DNA from: Octopus sinensis
Taxonomy: Eukaryota
DNA: 64,000 nucleotides
Assembly (NCBI RefSeq): GCF_006345805.1
Contig: NC_043022.1
Span: 11,656,001 to 11,720,000 of the forward strand
Direction of reading: 5' to 3'
The notes beneath the pieces were generated by a model. That model was not told the origin of the DNA and did not search any database. It was given only the letters and a program-made list of their open reading frames with translations. The number at the start of each line of letters is the position of its first letter. Positions within the stretch are counted from its first letter, which is position 1. Shown here piece after piece: positions 56,069-64,000 of this stretch. A program made the position numbers and the translations under genes.

Positions 56069-56902
56069 TAACAGAAAGGACACTAGTATTATACAAAAGG
56101 TAAGTTACCAGTAATAAACAACAGAAGATATAATAGTTATCATACAACACATAGTGTTGCTGATATTGGAGCTCAACACAGCCCAGTGACTTATCAGATC
56201 CTGTTAACCAGCCTGGCTGAAACCGGCTCTGGCTCTGAGTACAAATGTCTTGTTTTCAAAGATTTTAAACTAAAATCTTCCACCAAACCTTAATCACAAT
56301 TTATGTTCCTAACACTAGCTGAATGATAACTAAGTTATTTTAAATTGAAAGAAGCACAGAGCGTCTCAAAATAAATACAGTAACGAAAGACAGTAATGCA
56401 AGACAACCTGGAAGACAGAAGTTAACTGGTGATGATAAGTGATAGTGATGATGATGATGATACTCACGTTACATACAACAAAAGATTTCAATCTCATCAT
56501 ACACAGCACCTGATTTCACACAAGGATTGTGCAATTCTCGGTATGACAAGTAAGATGAAACAGTATCACATATAATACTATTATTATCCATTTCAAGAAA
56601 TGACACAGGCATTGTACAACAGATATAACAGTAAGTATAGCATTATACAGTCACCAGTTGTGATAACAGCACTGCACAACACCAAATATCACACTAGAAT
56701 TACATATATCAACAGATATGACAACAGTATGATACAATATGAGCATTATATACCAAATATAGTAATAGCATTATACAACTCCACATATGAAAATAAAATT
56801 ATGCAAGACCAACTTTTCAGACACTGAGGTGTCCAGAACCACTTGTAATCTACATTAATTTTCACTGATGTACAGGTACCTGTATTTTTATGTAATTATT
56901 TA

Positions 56903-57900
56903 AGTAGGGTGTGCATTAGGGTGGGTGGTGAAAAGTGAGTGGTTTGATATGAAGGTGGAATTAAGACAGAGTTGTGTGATGTCTCCATGACTGTTTAATT
57001 CATATATGGATGGTGTGGTGAGAGAGGTAAATGCTAGGCCCTTTGATAGGGAAGACCAAATGGTAGGAGAAAATGGAGAGAAATGGCAGGTGAGTCAGAT
57101 GTTGTTTGCTGATGATACAGCACTTGTGACAGATTCGGAATAGCAATGAAGGAAACTGGTGGTAGAGTATGGAAGAGTGTGAGAAGAGGAAACTGAAAGT
57201 GAATGTAGCTAAGAGTAAGGTGATGAGATGTTCAAGAGATGGAATGGCTAGTAGGATGGATGTGAGTATAAATGGTGATATGTTAAGGGAGGTGAGTGTT
57301 TTTAAGTATCTGGGAATACATGTGATGGCGGAGGGGGGGGTTGGCTGAGAAAGTGGGATATAGAGTGAGAGTAGGGGGGGGGTAAGATACTTGGTGTTGT
57401 GAATGGTATACTGAGAGATAAAAGGTTGAGTATGAACGCAAAATGAAGGGTGTATGAGGGCATGATTGTGCCAACAATGTTATATGGTGCAGAGACGTGG
57501 GGGCTGAGAGAGGCAGAAAAGAGGCGACTAGATGTGTTTGAGATGAAATATTTGAGGGCTATGGTTGGTGTGACATGGATGGACAGGATGAGGAATGAGG
57601 ATGTGTGAAGGTGAGCAGAAATGAGAGAATAGCTAACAACCAAAATGGATAGATTAATGTTGAGGTGGTTTGGCCACGTGGAGAGGATAGAAGAGGAATG
57701 GATGGTAAGGAGGAGTGATGAAGGCTGAAGTGGTAGGCAGCAGAACCAGAGACAGACCAGGGTTTGTGTGGATGGATGGAGTGAGGAAAGCTTTGGTGGT
57801 TAGAGGTGTTGGAGTGAGAGAGGCAAGAGAGTTTATAAATGATAGGAAAGCTTGGAGAGTGTTTGTGGACAGATGAGTGAATTTGATGTTGCTGAAAGGG
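56903..57900 (+). mobile_element. RTE-type LINE RT fragment, present in gene C intron but not at the paralogous gene A position
   Basis: GLRQSCVMSP.LFN, LFADDTALV, FKYLG, LYGAETW, LRWFGHVER motifs with stops. Confidence 0.82.
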
Positions 57901-57994
57901 GTACGGAACCAGCACGATGCAGCGGGGGTAAACCAGTGTATGCTGCCAGGCCCAGCTGCTGATATTAGGTGTTGTGCTGATATTGTGTGTGTGT

Positions 57995-58300
57995 TGTGGA
58001 GGCACATGGCCTAGTTGTTAGTGCAGTAGACTCGCGGTCGAGGGATCGCAGGTTCGAATCTCAGACCTGGCGATATGTGTGTTTATGAGCGAAACACCTA
58101 AGCTCCACGCAGCTCTGGCAGAAGGTAATGGCGAGACTTCTGCTGACTCTTTTGCCACAACTTTCTCTCACTCTTTCCTCCTGCATCTTGCAGCTCACCT
58201 TCGACGGACCGGCGTCCCGTCTAGGTGGGGAACCTACACGCCAAGAAACCGGGAAACTGACTCTTATGAGCCAGGCATAGCTCGAGAAGGAACAACCAAA
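57995..58300 (+). mobile_element. tRNA-derived SINE
   Basis: tggaggcacatggcctagttgttag...ggttcgaatc head, similar to the element at 6441. Confidence 0.75.
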
Positions 58301-58400
58301 TTGTGTGTGTGTGTGATTGTCATATTTGCATGAATATTTGCCAACAAATATTCCTATGCATCTATCTATATCTCTTTTCCTTTTTCCTTTTCCCCACCAG

Positions 58401-58663
58401 GTGAGATATTCAGCATCATCAGAGACTGCAACCAGCAACAGTTCTCATTCAACACTGGTCTGAATAAATACAAAATCTTCCAATACCTGAATCCATCCAA
58501 AAACACCACACTGTGCACAATCAGTAGCTGGTCCCTTATCTGTGTCACCGTGTGTGACACAGAGATGTGTAATGCTCCATCCAAAGGCCATCAGCCAACA
58601 TCTGTCACTGGACTTTGGTTCCTGACCATTCCACTTTCCACCACTATCAGTTGGTTCTTTTAA
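58401..58663 (+). CDS. Ly6/uPAR gene C, distal alternative terminal exon 3b (not in ORF track)
   Basis: ccccaccag acceptor, phase 1. Intact ORF (G)EIFSIIRDC...NTTLCTISSWSLICVTVCDTEMCNAPSKGHQPTSVTGLWFLTIPLSTTISWFF*, with 4 aa differences from 12929-13191. Confidence 0.88.
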
Positions 58664-58707
58664 TGAAAACTGCCTACATATTCTACTAATAGTGAATACA
58701 TACATAT

Positions 58708-58787
<80 letters not shown>

Positions 58788-58915
58788 ACAATGAGGATAT
58801 TCAAACCTCTTATAGGGATATTTGATCCAAGATACATTGGTTTAATATATTATATTTTGAAGAGATATTTCTTCAATGGATATATTATATAAAATATCAT
58901 AAAATATCCAACTCG

Positions 58916-58996
<81 letters not shown>

Positions 58997-59091
58997 ACAT
59001 ATATATATATATATATGAAAGGAACAGGGAGAGAAAATAAAGAATGTGTAGTCGCTAGCAATCTATCATGGCAAATGTGTGTGTGTGTATG

Positions 59092-59122
<31 letters not shown>

Positions 59123-59128
<6 letters not shown>

Positions 59129-61954
59129 AGAGACAAAACCACTATTTTGCAAAACAAACAAGGAAAGACTTAATCAATACCTAAAATTTTAAATAAACAC
59201 ATACATCCCCAAAAAATGGGCACAATCCCACTCACACCAATCATACATGTATACAATTACACACACAAGAACAATACATAACTAACCCAAATATACAGAA
59301 CATACCACAAATCACCAACAAACCACCATCACAAATGAAACCCACACCCATACAATGACAAAACTCCCCCTCCATACCCAATTACACCCACATAGCAATC
59401 CCCATATATTCATCCATACACAAACACACATACGCAAAACACACACACACAACACATACGTACAACCCCCCAAACACACTCATATACATACGTATTAAAC
59501 CCATATATGGGTTTGTTATATAGGTTTGGGGATGTATGTGTTAATTTGTCTGTGTGGGGAGGGAGTGGGTTTTTGGTGTATATTGAGGTTTATACGTTAG
59601 TATAGGTATGTGTGAGTGAGGTGGGTATTTGTATAAGTCGTGGGTCTGTGGTTTACGTGTGTGTATTTGTGTGTGAATGTTTAGGTTAGGGGGATTGCTA
59701 TATAGGTTTGTTATAGAGTTTAGCAAAGGGAGATTTTATCATTATATGTTTTTATGAGTTTTGGTTTGTCATGGTGGTTTTATTAAGGAATTCGTAGTAA
59801 TTTGTCTATTTACGATGTTTGTTGTTTTATTGCATTATTTCATTCATAATTTTTGAGTGGTGCTCGTTTTACCACGTGAATATTATTTTTAGTTCCATTT
59901 ATTCCATTTCTCCATTCATAATTTTAAAAGATGTTCGTTTCCAGAGCGGGAATACTTTTGATACATATGTTAGGTTCCTTGGTAACGTAATTTTGTTTGG
60001 TGTATATGTTGAGGCTTATATGTACTTGTGGGTGTGTGTGAGTGGGGTGGGTGTTTGTATTTGTTATGGGTGTGTGGTTTACGTGTGTGTATTTGTGTGT
60101 GAATGTATAGGTTAAAGGGATTGCTATATAAGTATGTTATAGGGTTTAGTAAAGGGAGGTTTTATCATTTATGTTTTTATGAGTTTTAATTTATCATGGT
60201 AGTTTTATTAAAGAATCCATTCATAATTTTTTTAAATAATGTTAGTTTACCGCGTGAATATAATTTTTAGTTCCATTTATTCTATTTCTCCATTCATAAT
60301 TTTAAATGACGTTTGCTTCCATAGCGCGTATTCTTTTTATACATAAGTTATGTTCCTATGGTAACGTAATTTTGTTTGGTGTATATGTTGAGGCTTATAT
60401 GTACTTGTGGGTGTGTGTGAGTGGGGTGGGTGTTTGTATTTGTTATGGGTGTGTGGTTTACGTGTGTGTATTTGTGTGTGAATGTATAGGTTAAAGGGAT
60501 TGCTATAGCGCGTATTCTTTTTATACATAAGTTATGTTCCTATGGTAACGTAATTTTGGTTTGATGTTTTTAACGGCTTAGAATTTAATTTCACTTCATA
60601 ATTTGAAACTGACTTGAAAGTATGTATATTATTTCTCCTTATGTCATATTGTTATTTTTGATATTCTGGTTACTTACGATGTATTTTATATATCGTATTA
60701 TGTGTAATAATATTGTTTTTCTTTGGCGTGTTTATGTATGTGGGATTGTGTGTGAGTGTGTGCGTGTTTTGGTTGTGTAATTTGTTTATCTGTGTGAGTG
60801 TGGGTGTGTTAATATTGTTGTATATATCGAGTTTAGTGAGTATGTATATGTATATGGTGTGTGTTTTACGTATGTATATTTGTGTGTGAATGTGTTTATG
60901 GGTTTGCTATATAGGTTTGGGGATGTATGTGTTTGTTTGTCTGTGTGGGGTTGAGTGGGTTTTTGGAGTATATGTTGAGGTTTATATGTATGTATAGGTA
61001 TGTGTGAGTGGGGTGGGTATTTATATGTGTCGTGGGTGTGTGGTTTACGTGTGTGTATTTGTGTGTGAATGTTTAGGTTAGGGGGATTGCTATATAGGTA
61101 TGTTATAGAGTTTAGTAAAGGGAGATTTTATCATTATATGTTTTTGTGAGTTTTGGTTTGTCATGGTGGTTTTATTAAGGAATTCGTGGTAATTTGTGTC
61201 TATTTGCGATGTCTGTTGTTTTGTTGCATTGTTTCATTCATAATTTTTGAGTAATGTTCGTTTTACCAAGTGAATATAATTTTTAATTCCATTTGTTCCA
61301 TTTCTCCATTCATGGTTTTAAATGATGTCCGTTTCTAGAGCGGGAATGTGGGTTGTATGTGTGTGTGAGGGAGTATGAATAAGTATTGTGTTGAAGTATT
61401 TGGCTATTTTATTTATTTATCGTTGCCTAGACAGGGATATATATATAGGTGTGTGATTTAGTGTATGTATTTAGATATGGTTATATATAATTAGTTATAT
61501 GTGTATGGGTGTATATATAGTTTATTTTTTGTTTTGTTTTATATTTTATATTTTATATTTTATATTTTATATTTTATATTTTATATTTAATTGTTGATAG
61601 GTTTATTTTAGTTTATATATTGTTTATATATTGATTATATATGGATTATATATAGGTTATATATAGATTATATATTTATATTTTTTTCATTAATACTTTA
61701 ATTATTTTAAAATTATTATTTTTATATTTTAAAATATTGATATTTTAGATTGGAAGATCAGGACAAGAAACAATTGTAGTGGCGGTTTTTTTGACTTTTT
61801 ATTAAAATTTTATGTATTGATTAAGTCTTTCCTTGTTTGTTTTGCAAAATAGTGGTTTTGTCTTTAATAATATTATATAATATTTTACTATAAAATTGGA
61901 TTTAATCCTAAATCTGATTTTTTCCCTGTAAATTTGGATTTATTCCCTAATATT

Positions 61955-61960
<6 letters not shown>
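59123..61960. mobile_element. Rearranged Penelope-like element with inverted termini and internal tandem duplications
   Basis: About 70-bp inverted ends (59123-59196 and 61796-61870) related to the 30766 element. Strand-skew switch at the hairpin aaacccatatatgggttt near 59505. Repeated T/G-rich internal blocks. Degenerate GAAACAATTGTA near 61765. Confidence 0.6.
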
Positions 61961-62007
<47 letters not shown>

Positions 62008-62008
62008 C

Positions 62009-62087
<79 letters not shown>

Positions 62088-62526
62088 CATATATATATAT
62101 GTATGTATGTATATTATATTCATACATACATATGGGAAGTGGTTCTTTGCATTGAGCGCCACTTCTCATCTCGAACCGGTGGTTGTCACATGCTGATGAA
62201 ATGTCAATACTCAGAAACTCGGATCCATGTGTATCATGTCAGGTTGAAGACGGGAAAGATGACTTTTCTTTGCAAATACTGACAAGGCACAGAAAGTGTG
62301 TCAATAGCCAGCTGGAGGAGATGTCTTCCTGGGGCTACGAGCTACAGTAGCATCTACCCTTAAAGGTTAGCCACATTTTGGTGGCAAATATACTTCACGA
62401 TAAAGTACACTATTTTTTATGTTGGAATAATTTTACTACCTTTCAATCATTTATCGCCTTCCTTCAACTTGCGCGTCTGTGACCTTTGCCAATGCCTCTC
62501 ACACAACTTCAAATTCTCATTTCTAA

Positions 62527-62883
62527 TCTTTCCCTATATAAAGCTGAAGTATGGCAGGTTTGGTAGCCTTCAACTAACACTATCTCCTCTGAGACCCTGC
62601 AGCGCAAATTGACCAAAATTGAGAGTATGATAGAAGAAGGCTTGCTCTTCCTTCCGTAGAAGAAAAAATTCAAATCAGACCATGTTAACACCAAAAATTA
62701 TTTACATCAAAAAGGTGCTTTTTTTCTATGAAAATCCCTATTTTTTACGATTTTTTTACTGCTGTGTCGCCATTTTTCACTTAAAGAGAATAACAAGCTA
62801 CATAATGCAAAGTTTTTACTTTTAAAATATTCCAATTCTAAACGGTCGAAACAAACCCGAGCAACGCCGGGCGATACTGCTAG
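62527..62883 (+). mobile_element. Non-autonomous Helitron
   Basis: 5' TC, subterminal hairpin cccgagcaacgccggg (62856-62871), 3' CTAG, inserted between A and T with no TSD. The empty site is visible in the paralogous block at 15798/15799. Confidence 0.88.
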
Positions 62884-63618
62884 TAAACTGATAAAAGAAA
62901 TGACAGGATTTGTTTCTTGATGGATTTCATTAAAAAATTTTTTTTGTTTGATACTTCGACTGGTTCACGTCTTTATTTGCCCAAAGACTTTCTCCTTGCA
63001 CAATCACAGCCGAAAGATTGAAACAGATAAAACATCCATCCATGCAGACATACATACACACATACATGCACGTATGGGTACATAGATTTACACGTTACAT
63101 ACATGTAAGTACATGTGTATAAAAGCATATATATATAACATATAATGAAATTTATTTTTAACCTGCAAACTTTATTTGCAACTAGGAAACAGAGTGGTAT
63201 CAACAAAATAACTTTTATGACTTAGTCAAGTGAAGAGAAAAACCCAAGAATTTTCTTACTTTTATTTACAGCTAACTAATATGGGTGACAATAGGGATAG
63301 GGAAGCAAAGAGGTGGGTGATACAGAATTATTATGTAGCTCCATTAAGAAGCAGTGTATCAAGAATATTTAGTTTGATTGGACCTTGCTAGAGTGGACCC
63401 CACGAAAGGTGTTCAAGGAGAGGTATTAGCGTTAACTAATGCAAGATCTACTTTTAAAATAGGTGCTCTCCCTTAGACTAGCATTTTAAATTTACTACCT
63501 GCTCACTATTACCTTCGGGTTTTGAATCGATCCATGCTACCTGCCTTTTTCACTTGTTCCAGTCATTGGACTACGGCCATGCTGAAGCACCGCCTTGAAA
63601 TGTTTAAACGAACAAATA

Positions 63619-63821
63619 GACCCCGGTAGTTATCTTTTTAAGTTTGGAATTAATTCTGTTGGTCCCTTTAGCCAAACTGCGGTAAATTTTTAGATCAACA
63701 CCCGCACGATTTTTTTTTCCTTAGTGAAAATCGTGCGGGTGTTGATCTAAACATTTACTGGGGTTTGGCTAAAGGGACCAACAGAATTAGTTCCAAACTT
63801 AAAAAGATAAGTACCGGGGTC
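63619..63821. repeat. About 200-bp palindrome derived from a dispersed repeat
   Basis: gaccccggta.ttatctttttaagtttggaa...gatcaacacccgcacgatttt is mirrored around 63720. Confidence 0.8.
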
Positions 63822-64000
63822 GGTACTTGTCAAGTGTAGTGGTCCCGGTTTCGCACACGCGAATTCGCGCGCGCGCCAGACGAGATCCTACTCGAGATCC
63901 TACGAGGTGACATGCGCAGTGCGCGATTCGCGCATGCGCGTTAACCCCCCCCCCCTAAAAAGAAAGGATTTTTTTAGATACCTTTCTGCTTTTTAAGACA

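Overview
AT-rich, intron- and repeat-rich eukaryotic genomic DNA. The SINE families and the (TA)n/(CA)n/(ATT)n microsatellite load suggest a cephalopod, probably Octopus; this is an inference. Most ORF-track entries are microsatellite or TE artefacts. The real protein-coding content is a + strand tandem cluster of small Ly6/uPAR (LU, three-finger; quiver/sleepless-like) genes with a signal peptide and a hydrophobic GPI-like tail, three of whose terminal exons are missing from the ORF track. Each gene appears to be built as signal-peptide exon, then a 177-nt exon for the N-terminal half of the LU domain (Cys1-5), then TWO alternative terminal exons that each supply a different C-terminal half (Cys6-10, CN, tail, stop). 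All introns are phase 1. Gene A (5' part outside the window) has terminal exons at 2474-2745 and 12929-13191. Gene B is 18496-18550, 22253-22429, then 28612-28868 or 36663-36895. Gene C is 42816-42858, 46829-47005, then 51406-51677 or 58401-58663. Genes A and C are recent duplicates about 45-49 kb apart. In their proximal terminal exons the divergence is concentrated in mature-domain codons. The introns hold SINEs, LINE remnants (R4/Dong-like, Tx1-like, CR1/L2-like, RTE-like), mariner, hAT and Gypsy fragments, a short Helitron with its empty paralogous site, and long palindromes carrying Penelope-type minimal hammerhead ribozyme motifs. Exons were translated by hand, and no transcript evidence is available.
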